A stretch of 63,993 nt of DNA, counting the filler, from Perkinsus olseni (Eukaryota): NCBI GenBank assembly GCA_013115125.1. It is 6 parts of 6 records of this genome, joined end to end, with 100 filler letters (N's around TTAATTAATTAA, not from the genome) between each part and the next. Parts side by side here need not be neighbours in the genome. Positions count along the whole stretch, not along the records: positions 44,392 to 55,360 come from JABANN010000849.1; positions 55,461 to 63,993 come from JABANN010000964.1; 4 more parts are not named here. One strand, written 5' to 3'. Of the stretch, positions 51,608 through 63,290 are shown one piece after another. Each line of letters starts with the position of its first letter. The stretch's first letter is position 1. The notes beneath the pieces were generated by a model. The model saw only the letters and a list, made by a program, of their open reading frames with translations, was not told the DNA's origin and did no database searches. The position numbers and the translations under genes were made by a program.

Positions 51608-54600
51608 TCAGGCCCCTCCCCCCATACCTGGCCAGTTCGGCCTTGCACTGACGCCGGTGAAATCTGCCACGAAGGTGTTCCCAGCAGCAGAGCTGTGATT
51701 GGCACCACCGATAACAGCTCCGCATTCAGGACAAGCTGCGGCCGTCATGGCCCCACCACAATCGGCAATGAAGTAGGGGTGACCATTAGGGCAGGCGAAC
51801 CAGCGTCCAGCAGCTGCACCCCAACCGTCAGATGACATAGCTTCGTTGATGGCGTGACGTTCTTCCAAGGTCACTTCCTGTCGGAAGGCTTTTAATAGTT
51901 TCCCCTTCACCTTGGCCAGGAGTGATAGTTGAGTCTTGACAATGTTGTTGTACCTGAGATAGCATGATGCTCAAAACTACACCGCTGAGACCAAAGAGCA
52001 ACTCAACGCGACGACGAGGATGACTAGACAGTCAACGCACTCTAACAGTTTGAGCAGATAACGGCCACCGCCTTCAGAGTTGCAGAGTACTCGAGCCTCA
52101 AAGTAGGCTCCCGTTATCGTGCCAATCCGACGAGCCTGTCTTCGTGTATCGGCTTCGATGCTAGGGAAATCAAGTATGCCGTCCCACCTTGGAGCGGTAA
52201 AGATCGTCTTCTTGCACGTAGGGCAGGACCTCAGCTGGATAGCCTTATGTTCACCCTTGGAGGCATCATAGGTCATGTACCTGTTAGAGAACACAGATGA
52301 GGCCTCACCCTATAAGGGATCGAGATTCGGCTTACGTATCAAGGCCATCGACGAAGAAGGTATGTCCACAGTCGGGGAGCATGTAAAGCCTTGAGCCGTC
52401 CTACAGTGCCGAGCCGATAGTGTCCAACAAAATGGTGTCCTCGACCTCGGGGAAGCAGCGAGGGCAGGTCGGGCATGGCTCACCGCACAGTCCTTGGCAG
52501 GGATGACCACACTCCAGTTCGAGCGTGCAGTGGGCGTTGCAGCGAGGCCTCTCACAAGGCTCATGGCACAGCTTCTCACACTTATGATGAGGGCACCGCC
52601 AAAGGCAGGGCTCACGACACGGTATACAGACCTCGCAGCAAGCTTTGCTGCAAGCATTACCGTGAAGGCACCGCATACCGCACTCGCGTTCACAGAGCTT
52701 CGTGTGGGGCTCTCCACACGCCTCGTTACAACTATGCCCACATGCCAGCTCTTGATCGCAAGCTTCCTCACATTTAACCTTGGTGTGGTCATGAGGAGGG
52801 GAGCAGAATTGAGGGCAGGGGTGGCCACAGGGTAAGACCACTTCACACTGTCTTCTGCATTTCTTCACATCATTGCAGATCTGCTCCACGTCATGACCAC
52901 AGGGAGCCTTCACCGTACGCTTATAAGTGCACTGCAAGTCAGCAGACTTGGACTTGTAACAGTGTGTCGACAACTCGTGGCCGCAGGGGAGACGTACCGG
53001 AACCATCTGCAGGCAGCGCCTCTCTATTGGATCATCTCGCATGAAGCAGCGAACGTCCTTCTGATGGCCGCAGGGAAGACCGACCGACACCAACGCCTCA
53101 CACGGGGTCTTGCAGATGTCCATCGGCTCAGCATCTGCTTTAGTGCACTTGAAGCAGAGGTTCGGGCATTTGTGGCTGCACCCTGCCGGTCTGGGCCGAT
53201 TGCAAGGCCTGTCGCACGTTACCATCTCATGATCAAAGACATGACAATTGAGTGGGCACCGATGACCACAGGCCGGGAGTAACATCCTACAGGGCTCGCG
53301 GCAGCCACCGTCACGAACGCAGTAGAAGTCATTCGGATCGGAGATGTTCTCGAGGTTAGCCGGATGGACACGACACTTCAGGGTCAGTGCCGGCCCAATG
53401 CGACCTTGCTGACGTAAGCATTGCAGCACAGCCTTCCAGCTCTGTGAGGGATCGAACATCTCGGAGTGGCCCAGAATATACAGTCCCTCCTTCGCTCTAG
53501 ATAGCGCCACGATGACCCGATTCTCGATACCAATAAATCCGATCTTCTTGGCCTCGTTCGAGCGGACCAGCGACAAGATGACCACTTTGTTTTCCTCACC
53601 CTGGTAGTCGTCGATGGTAGCCACCCTCACCCCGACGACATCTTGCTTTTTGTTTGAGCGGATCTCGGGGTTCAAGTAGCTGCGCATGAGACGCTTCTGG
53701 CCAATGTAAGGAGTCAGAAGGGTGATGTCTTCCGGCTGATACTGCTGAGCGGACCAGATAGAAGGCAAGACTGGCCGCGAATCTCGCTTCATAGTCGTTC
53801 TTCTTGGAGGTGCCCTCAAACGACTGTTCGGATTGGCGATGGTCGAGGAAGTAGACGTCAGTCGCCACGCCCCCGACTCTGTCATACTTCTTGACCCTCT
53901 CGTGGTCGATAAGCCCATCCACGTAGAAGTGCTTCACCAATTGGCTGGCCTCAGGCCGCATACGGAGTTGAGTGGAGAGCTTGGCGAAGGGGACGTTGAG
54001 GTTGATGAGTCTCTCGAAGAGGGAGATGTCGAAATGGTTCTTCCGGCATAACTCGAAGGCGTTTATCTTCGGTCGTAACTGCTGATGGTCACCAATCATC
54101 ACCACGTGCTCCAACTTGGGAGAGGAGAGACTAGAAATAAGCTGACATTCTAGCAGCTCCCCAGCCTCTTCTATGATGACCACTCTCGGCGCCAGACGAT
54201 GCACCAGATCTCTATTGAGGGCTGCGTAGGTACTGGTCATGCCAATCAGCCTCGACCCGCGGCATGCTCGGAAAAGCAAAGCCTTGCGATACTGCATGTA
54301 GCCCTTGCCCGCCTCTTCGCCCTTCCTATAGATGTCTCTGAGCTTCGCCTTCATTGGGCCTTCGAGGGCGGAGCCAACAGCCTCAATCAATCCCTGGCGG
54401 CTACGCCGAGACGGAGCTGCTTGGTTCACACAGATGTTGCCAGCCTCGTGAACGGCCACATGACAAGCGGCCGCCACCACTGTAGTACCGAAAGATACCT
54501 CCAGCCTCTTGCGGATCTTACGCTGAAAGCTAGCCGCCATGCTGAGCTCGTCCCTCCAAGAACGGTCGATCTCCAGGGCATCCACGTTATCATCATCAGG

Positions 54601-55287
54601 ACGCTCCACAGCAGCGGCCACACGGGCACCGGCAGCCTGATCGATTCGTAGACCAACCCTAGCGGCCCGTCTTCTGTCACCCTCACCAAAGATCTGTTCC
54701 CCAATCATGCGTTCTTGCTCGACGAGATCGAGGAGATCCAAGTCGAGCTCGTCAATGTCGATTTCGGTGTTTCTGCGAGTGGGAGTGCCGAACTCGAACA
54801 AGTGATCGACCAGCCGATCAACCCCGGCCTCCATCTCCTCGGACAGGTCCCTCCTCTGGCGTTCCGGTAAACCCTCGAACGCTTCGTATCCGCGGGATGC
54901 CTTGCCAGGGTCGAACCGGTTGGAAGTCTTCACTCTGTGCTTGACATCGAACCCGCGCTCGTTCAACCAGGCCTTCTCGAGACCGGCCATCTGCCTCTCC
55001 GTCCCATCCAACCAAATGCGCAGCGACTCCATCGCAAACTCGGCAGCATAATGGCCAAGTCGAGCGAAGCTCATCTTCCAACCAACGGGTGACAAGATAC
55101 GCTGGAAGAGGCTGAAGGGCATGTAGGCTAGGAGGCAGACCAGTTGAGCGTCACCACCTTGATAGAGGGCGGCCACTGAGTTCAGAGTACGACAGGTGGA
55201 CTCCAGCTGATCTTTGAAATCCTGACGCCGCTGGTAGTCTTCGCTGTTCTCCCTCATCTTGGCACGGACATGACATTCCTGGAGAGG
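51608..55287 (-). pseudogene. ZNFX1: ZNFX1-like helicase copy A, C-terminal half
   Basis: SF1 motifs IIEEAGE, IGDHQQLRP, SLFERL, QLRM, TIDDYQGEE and VALSRA; NF-X1 Cys repeats; RZ finger WFACPNGHPY. Frameshift at ~53748 and in-frame TAG at 52401-52403. Confidence 0.9.
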
Positions 55288-55360
55288 GTTATACCACAAG
55301 ACTATGAGTTGTGTCAGGGCGAGCGCTACTATTAAGCTACATACTGTCTACCATTAGCCA
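55288..55360 (+). mobile_element. Third (partial) LTR of the same family, opposite orientation, at the contig end
   Basis: gttataccacaag...ccattagcca is the exact reverse complement of LTR 45883-45955. Confidence 0.92.
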
Positions 55361-55460
55361 NNNNNNNNNNNNNNNNNNNNNNNNNNNNNNNNNNNNNNNN
55401 NNNNTTAATTAATTAANNNNNNNNNNNNNNNNNNNNNNNNNNNNNNNNNNNNNNNNNNNN
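55361..55460. other. Artificial contig linker
   Basis: N44-TTAATTAATTAA-N44. Confidence 0.99.
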
Positions 55461-55741
55461 GAAGCCTCGTTGCCTGTGTCCTCCTTGGATGGAGCCTTGT
55501 TGTCTACGTTCCCTGGACCCTCGTCGCCAGGTTCCTCTAGAGAGGGAACCTCATCCTCGTCAATGAATGGGATAGTATCGGGGATAGACTCGAGGTAACC
55601 GCCGGATTTCTGCTTCGGGGGGACGGGCTCTTTGACACGTGTATCCACAGGTGGAGCGCTGTTGTGTGGCTTTTTGAGAGATCCAGCCTCGGTGTGGAGG
55701 GCGAGCAGCGCCAATAAGAGTAGCACGATACGAGTGAACAT
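55461..55741 (-). CDS. Secreted low-complexity protein, N-terminus only
   Basis: MFTRIVLLLLALLALHTEA signal peptide followed by a P/E/D-rich region running into the gap. Confidence 0.65.
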
Positions 55742-55912
55742 AGCGATATGGACGAGGGAACTGATACCGACCGGGTAAGTACAACGCTGGAAGAACAAAT
55801 ATTACTCAGGAAAATTCAGATTGTCCCGAAATCAAGAACTTCTTGCGTTCTAAGCCATTTCCTTAACTCATTCTTCGCGCTCGTCTTTCCAATCGGTCAA
55901 CTCCCGGGTGAA

Positions 55913-55966
55913 GTACAAAATCCAAGGGGAAGGTACAAAATCCAAGGGGAAGGAACAAAATTCAAG
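55913..55966. repeat. 20-bp tandem repeat (~2.7 copies)
   Basis: gtacaaaatccaaggggaag x2 plus gaacaaaattcaag. Confidence 0.85.
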
Positions 55967-56252
55967 TGAGCGCGTGCGACAGGCAGGCGAAGGCGACAGA
56001 AAAAGGCCTGAATCGTGGGTGAAGGCAGGAACGGGATATGTTTTACCCTCAGGTGGACAAGTGTACCCCTATTCAACATCTAGCTCGGAAATCGAACCAT
56101 TAAATTCGAAGAGGTGATCGAAGTTGGGTGTACGAATCTGAAACGGGCATATCTATTCCGCACGTAGAACTTTCTGTTTCGTAATGGGACTTTGAGTTTG
56201 CACGTTGGGCGTTCGTGAGTTCCACTTCGATGTGAGCGATGTTTCAACTTCG

Positions 56253-56311
56253 AGAAGAGGAACTTCAATTGCACGTTGGAAGTTCCAACGTGCAGTTGAA
56301 GTTCCTCTTCT
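56253..56311. repeat. Palindrome, 29-bp arms (1 mismatch), 1-nt centre
   Basis: agaagaggaacttcaattgcacgttggaa-g-ttccaacgtgcagttgaagttcctcttct. Confidence 0.95.
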
Positions 56312-56820
56312 GGAGGTTCGGAACCTCAGGTTCCATCTTGGAACCTCCAATGTTCGTGAATGGTCCGTGGAACTTTCATTTTCGCGGCTCTGGGAAATTC
56401 AACTCCGGAAATGGGGAGGTTCGATTTCGTTGCCCGCAGCCCCTTTCCTGTAGCTCATCCCCCTACGAGCACGGGAGGATCACGGAACACAGTTCATGCC
56501 GTATCGTGCTGATGGGAGCTGACCGTCACTGATGGTCCATCAGCATGGCTAAACTGTCGCTCTCCGGCGGTCGCCACTATAAGAAGCACGATCGGCAAGG
56601 ACATGTGCTAAAGATCCAATCTTGTGTGGTAGCAGTCCTTCGGCTACCTACCCCAGTAAACGAGCAGAACTTTTCTCCCTCGAATGCTCGTCGGGGCATC
56701 CATATGTCACGGTCCGTCAGCCGTGAGTTCGATCCCCGGCGGCTGTGTCTCTACTAGTTCATACTTCGCCTGCCCGCGTGAGCGCATGATGCAATGCTCC
56801 AGGTAGGGATTATGTATGAT

Positions 56821-56841
56821 CCGACGATATCTTGGCTCAAG
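56821..56841 (+). other. Spliced-leader-like relic
   Basis: ccgacgatatcttggctcaag vs Perkinsus/dinoflagellate SL CCGTAGCCATYTTGGCTCAAG: 17/21 match, last 13 nt exact. Confidence 0.5.
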
Positions 56842-59574
56842 CTCAAGTATTTCTTTGCTTAGTTGTCCTATGGCCCATAGGCTATGGGGGATCGCTTTCC
56901 ACAGTCCCAACGTTGCGGGGCCAAAACGAACCGACGTGCCGCAACAATGTTATCTCCATTTAACAGCTCGCCTTTCGAAGGGCCGTCTCGAAGTCGTGCA
57001 TGGCACAGTGGCGCCAACTCAGGCTTGGATGCTGAGGCTCTCAGCGTAGACCTGCCATGCAATTCTCGGTATTGATTCGTCGGGTTGCCGTATAACTACA
57101 TGTACGATTGCTACTGTAACTGAGTACACTCAGTACCCAATAGCGTCCCATGACAGCCCCTCAACGTTCTTGTATACTGTGCGAAGAAGAGCGCGCCAAA
57201 CGCATCGTCGCCGAAGCCAAAGTGGCGAAGATGCAGGTGCGGACCTAATTGGCTTCACGGGTGTGCCTCTCTCGCTATCGCCTACGAGACGTACATTCCT
57301 AGAACTCAGGGCAACTGCTAGATCGGTGGTATTAACGGAACCTTTTCATGTTCGTCAGAGGGCGTATATCGGTTTACTCACGGAGCTAGAGGCCCTCGGA
57401 AGGAGATCCGAAGAAGGCTCGATACGTGAGGGTCGCGCCACTGAGGCTGCCGCTATGACGAGGGAATGCCTGCTCGCTTAGATTCGGGAGGGCCTGCGGA
57501 TAACGATGGGAGCGGGGATGCTACGTGGGTTCGATTGCCGTGTGAATTCGACGCCATTTGCATGCAGGAAGGAATCTGTGGAGCTGATGCAGTACCTCGA
57601 GATCGTCTTGGATTGGATCCTCAAGGACTTCGTAGTCGGCTTGAATCCTCTCCGCACGTTGACTGTGACGCTGTTGTCGCATTCTCTCCATATTCAAGAG
57701 TAGAACGGCGTGAGGGGACGGTCAGGTGGACCTGCGGAAGAAGGCTCTTGCTAGGCTGAACACCTTGAATCCGAGAAGCAAGGCCTTGCCTGGTGAGTAC
57801 CGGACCGCTGACGGCTCCTGACGGGTCTTTACATTCTGTGAAGTGCTCGAACCTGGGGAAGGATGCTGGATCTATTTATCCAGCTGCTGCCCTCATCTCG
57901 GGTCTGTCACGGATCTACGGTATTGAATATGAACATTATGCCGCTGCGTGTTGCCCGACAGCTAGCAGGCGTCGTCGAATTCCAGAGAGAAAGCTCGAGT
58001 TTCAGGATCCCGAGGCAAAGGAAACGCAAGAGAGTATCTTACGAATACACTCGAACGGTCATTCCCTCAAGCAGACGATCATTCGGAAAGTGAGAGTGCG
58101 ACCTTTAAACTTCGCTTCGCCGTCGACGAGCGCGAACGCGATGTGTCCTGATGATCGCTCGCTACACATTCAGAAGGACACTGTGCAACCTGTGGACACC
58201 TCAGCGGCCTTGTTGTGGCAGCTAGCCACCTCCCCTCCCACACACACTAGGCGTTCTCAACGGGCTCCGTACCCGAATAGAACAATGACACGCTAATCAG
58301 GAATGCCGCCCAACGACAATGCCGTCGACTGAACACTCACCTTCCCATTGATATCAGATCCGAAGAGGCTACTACATTCAAGGCCGAGGAGAGCGAGCTC
58401 GCTAATGGCTGCGGTACCGTCGGATGGCCTTAGGAAGGGACCCAACTGGGAGAGCTCTCACAAACGAGTGGGCTATGGCCGTGACGGCCCACCCGCGGTG
58501 AGCCTGCATACCATAAATTCTCTATCTCGATGGAGAGGATGGCAGGCTTTATCACAGCCGTCGAGCCCGGCAACTAAATGGACTTGGACGACCAGCCAGA
58601 GCCACTCCGTTCCAAGCTCTTCTCGAGATGCACAGAAAAGGTGCCGGAGTTGACTGCTCACTTCGAGCTCCCGGTTTGTTCAGTTCCGAGCCCCACCGAA
58701 GGGTGAGGAGATCTTCTTCGGAGGATCGTCGGGCTTCCAGTGTGAGACTCTAGCCGTGTGGCTGTTATTGTGCGCGACTCTGTGAGCCTCTGGAGATCCC
58801 AAGGTTACGCTTGCTTGCCCATCCGCTGGGCGGTTCTCGTTCCGTACTGGTCGTCATACCCTGGCTCTTCGCAGGACGCGGTGAGGGAACCGACGAGCCG
58901 GCGGCTGTGGGCGCTCCAGCGCGAGCATGATGACGCTCAAGTGCATCATGAGAGGCATCATATTACAAGAGGTGGGGGCACGACGCGCGGGTGTAAGAAG
59001 TCCTCAGGCAACGTACGAACATACCTGCTGGAACTCCCTGGCATCTCTCTTGCTCAGCTTCCTTTTCATAGCCAGTCAGCTACAAACTTCAGGGCGGGCG
59101 ATCGAAGCAATCTTGCCGCAACGCTCGTCGTCAGGACCACCCAACGTACCGCAAGCGCGAGACTTCTCCAGCAAGCAACAATATACTGCTGCCGTCCGCC
59201 CTTCCCACTCGCGATCACAACCAAGTGAGCAGCGGACATTCCAACGGGGCTGACGTTTTCTATCCGGCGCTTGTCATTATTTACAACCAGATCATTTCAC
59301 AACTGTTCGAACAGGGTACGCCAAAACGCTAGCGCCTGCCAGCTCTTCGTGACTTTCGTGCATCGCGTTGCACTACCTTATCAGAACTCGCACTCCGAGG
59401 AAGAATACGTTTCTCTCAATCGCAGTTGGTCGTCTGGAGGGCAAAGTCGGCGGAGCTGCTGAGCCTCATTCCCCAGATTCCTTGTCATGATGCCGGCCCG
59501 TGACGTCTCTGCTACAGTTCTCAAGGGTCGTGTTGTTGTGGGTCAATCCACGGGTTGAGGTGTTTTGTACGTAA

Positions 59575-61379
59575 ATGGCGAGTCGGTCCCGGGTAGAGAA
59601 GGAGCTCGAACAGCTAGAGGCTCTAGTCGGGAGAGGAGAGATCGATGAGGTCAGGATGGTAGACGAGCGGACAATCATGATAACGCTGCATGGACCCGGT
59701 GAGGGTCCCACGCGAGAATCCTTCCCGTTCAGCCGCCGCCCGCCGGTAGCGCTCTCACTGACAACTCTGCGATGGGTCGTACGGTGTTCTGTATCTTATT
59801 TTCAGGGAACAGCCCATATTCTGCTGGAATCTTCAAGCTGGTAATCACCTCTCAGCGGGACCCTCATGATCCGAAACAGTCGCGGCAGCTAGGGAACCTT
59901 CTCGTTCTTGGCCCTTCTAATTCTCCCAATGCTTCCGCGAAGCAGAATAGCTCTCATCTTGGCCCGCCCTCATTAATGCACTTCTTCGGAATGATGGGGT
60001 CCAGTCTGAGATTCGGAATTGAAAACCCCGTACTTTCTTCAGAAGGCAGCCGAATAAGCATTCTTGATCTGAATATCCATCCGCTAGAACGGAAGTGTCA
60101 CCGTCATGAACAGTACACCTTCTCGTAGCTGCTCGGATGTTTGGAGCTCGGAGCACGAGTTTCCTGAGGTTGACGAACCATCTGGTCATACCGTGTTTCA
60201 ATCGCTACAGAGAGCCCCTAAGTGAGCAAGTCGGCAAGAGTCTGACTGAGTCGGAACCGGCGTTGGGCCCCAGATTCTCACAAACATTCAAATGCTCGTG
60301 ATCGACACCATGATAGCGATGTTGTGGATGCGTGGGTCCTCAAGTGCGGGTTCAGGTCGTAACACTTGGTGATGGGTACCCCTTCAAGGCACCAGGGGTG
60401 AGGTTTGCTCTCACCACTATACCCTATCACCCTAATATCTGCCCAACAACAGGTGGCGTGTGCATGGATATCCTCCTCAATCAAGAAATGTGGTCCCCCA
60501 TTATGAGTAAGCGGCAGTCTGCACTCGGCTTATGCCATACCGAATGCTTACCACCTCTGAAAACGATAAGAGACGGCTTTCTTGTTAATACTGTGAGCTT
60601 CAAGGGGGTCGGGAAGGCCCACCGGTTCGGGCGGCCTCTGGGTTCAACCTTGGAAACTGCAGGAGCCGCACCAAACTTCGTGACGATAGACGATTCCAAT
60701 TCTGATCGTACTCTCTCTTCTGCTTAAACTCAATCCCATTACTGTTCTCGGGAGAATCTGAGGGAATCCACAGACTGGCTGTCTTGAGTAAATATCCGCA
60801 TCGCCGGGGCTCAGTATCTTTCACGTCGGCACCTGCAGTACATTCACTTCCAGGCGTCGAGAAGGTTTGCGTAGCGGTCCTTTCCCTCCTCACAGATGCC
60901 AACCCTGACCACGGCCTCAACTTGGATGCTTTAGATTTGTAAGAGGTTGCTTCAAATATTGAATGTCATGTCGGTCGCCTGTTCAACTACGTTGTTGCCG
61001 CCTCGCCGGTGTTTAGAGTGTATCTTGTTGTGATGCTCGCTTCGTTAGTATCCTTAGCATCAGATATCGGCGTGACAAGCAAGGCTTTGAAGATAGAGCT
61101 CGGCGCATCACAGAAGCGATAATGGAGAATCCCGTGCAGCTGTCAACCTATCTGATGGGCAGATCAACTGGTGAGCTCCGAACTCAACGATGCAATAGCC
61201 AGTATCGTCTCCGCGTCGACCAGGATGGGAGGCCTCCGGGAGACTTCATTTTCCTCACAGATCGGTCCACCGTAGCCCGACGTGCAGAAAGGACTCACAG
61301 TATAGGAACGCCATACTCGGCTATAGCCTTCCTCCTCATCATCCTCTTGGCTTTGATGGCAAAGGGATACTTCTCATGA
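59575..61379 (+). CDS. Ubiquitin-conjugating enzyme E2 with a C-terminal transmembrane tail (multi-exon)
   Basis: RVEKEL, GPGNSPYSAGIF, YPFKAP, YHPNICPTTGGVCMDIL, WSP and NPDHGLN; in-frame last exon AIAFLLIILLALMAKGYFS*. Confidence 0.85.
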
Positions 61380-61481
61380 GAGCTGCGCCTCTTGCGTTGA
61401 GTATAACCAACCTGTGCGATGCAACTTTCGGGAAGCGCCTCTGAACCGGAAGATAGCTATTGGCTTGGTCGCAGTTATTGG

Positions 61482-63113
61482 ATGGCGTCCATTACTACAT
61501 CCTTGGCGGGCGACAGGCATGAGGTACTCCTCATATCCCTCAACCGACCAAGTGTGAGGAACGCGATCGATCGACCGATGGCGGATGCTCTCTACCGAAC
61601 GCTCAAAGATTTCGACGATAATGAATCTGCCAAAGTTGCGGTAGGGAAAGTTCGGGCGGCGCCTCTTGCATAACTACGGCATAGAGCGATGATGGGTAGA
61701 ATCCATATTAACAAGAGCGATGCGATCTGTTCCACAAGTTGAAGGAACCGCTTCGTGGGTGTCCTCGGAGTCGGCTTACGGGCAGTAGATTAAGGCTGGT
61801 GATGGGAGGTCGAGCGAGATGGTGATTAGTGTATATCAGATCATCCGGGGCTGTGGCAAGGACTTCTGTGCCGGCGCTGACTTGAGCTCGATATCGAAGG
61901 GAGAGGATCTAGCTCCGGCTATCTCCATTGAAGGGGATAAATCCCCGCTCGGATGTGAGCTGGGTCTCTGTGGCTCGGTTCAGGCCATGCTCGGGCTGTA
62001 AGTTGCGTATGATGTGGTATGTTGCTCTTCTCAGTCGCCCGCCTAACACTTTCCAAACCAGTCATCGCCGCCGTGTCAGGACATGCTGTTGCTGGTGGGC
62101 TTGAACTCGCCGCGTGGTGCGATATGCGTATCATCGACCGCACAGCGAAGTTCGGAGTCTACTGCAGGAGGTGAAGGCAGTAGCATCAGCCCGATGCTCC
62201 TCATCAACTCTCTTGAGGATCTGCTCGTCTGTCAACAGCCGACTCCCTCGCTCTGAATGCTCCTTTTCTATGACTGATTCAACTCTGCTCATCAGACCCA
62301 TCCTTTGTAGCTGTAGTTCCTGCCGCCACATCAGGTTTGGTGTTCCCTTGGTCGACGGCGGGACGATTAATCTACCGAGTCTCATAGGCCACAGTTGAGC
62401 AATGGATATGGTCCGTGGGCCCACTGTTCTAGAATGGAGCCAACCGCGCCTGGTGCACGGCTGACTGAGCTCAGGTGCTCACCGGTCGCGCCGTTGAGGC
62501 TGAAGAAGCAGTTCGCTGGGGGCTGGCCACTCGAAAGGTCGAGCGGACTGAGGATCTCGTACCCGAAGCTATCAAGTGAAGCGTTTTCGCACTAACATTT
62601 TTCGGTCACTCAAGCGACGCCTGCTAAGTTCTCAGAGTGATCAGCATGTCGATTGCTGGACTCTTCGTGTGTTTCGGCTGAGCTCCCATCTCTGGGAAGC
62701 CACTTCTTCATGTTAATGCAGGCCCGCCACCATCATCGCTGGCTTCCCTCAACACTGCATGCAGTCCGACCGACTAGGGCTGCTTGATGCTCGGTAAGCC
62801 ACTCTGGAGTACTGAGCATTCTTCACCACTCTTGTACACGAACGATCTCTGCATACTATAAACTAGTCTTTATTGCACTGCCTTCTTGGCGACGTGAGTT
62901 TCGTCTGTTGGGTTGTTGCTCCATTAGCTTAACGGTAATATCGACGTGGGCGCAGCTCAGCTGTTCAGGCATGCGGACCGGGCGAGCCTCCTCCTGCGAG
63001 AATGTGCACGCGGCTTGAGGACTATCCGCAGTGGCGAGACCAAGACAGGTGCCTTTCGTTTCGCTAAGAACCGAGAAGGGCGACACGGCATATTCGATAA
63101 GGCCAAGCTGTGA
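61482..63113 (+). CDS. Enoyl-CoA hydratase/isomerase ending in AKL (PTS1-like); one in-frame TGA
   Basis: LNRPSVRNA, FCAGADL, KPVIAAVSGHAVAGGLELA, FGVPLVDGGT, EGRHG..KAKL*; TGA at 62396-62398. Confidence 0.85.
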
Positions 63114-63290
63114 ACTTGCGGCAATTTGATGTGTTACGTTTCCTTTCATCCCCACCGCGTTTATACTTGTACGGGCCTTTGATTTATCATCCTAAGCGTA
63201 GTGCGTGGGGTAGATCGGCGATACAGCTTCGGCGAGACCCATAAGAGCTGCAGTTGGAACTCTCAATCGCTCCGTTGGTCGCGGCTCGTC

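Noticed and set aside
53740-53760. Programmed frameshift in ZNFX1
   Set aside because: No slippery site, and the same copy has a nonsense codon and an LTR; decay is simpler.
11013-55460. Regular ~11-kb spacing of TTAATTAATTAA motifs
   Set aside because: Artificial linkers between size-sorted contigs; adjacency across them has no biological meaning.
59991-60082. Intronic C/D snoRNA in the long E2 intron
   Set aside because: Box C is non-canonical (ATGATGG) and no rRNA guide was recognised.
18420-62398. Stop-codon reassignment suggested by in-frame TAG/TGA (18420, 52401, 62396)
   Set aside because: Two of these lie in genes that also have frameshifts, the expected residues differ, and TAG/TGA terminate other genes normally.
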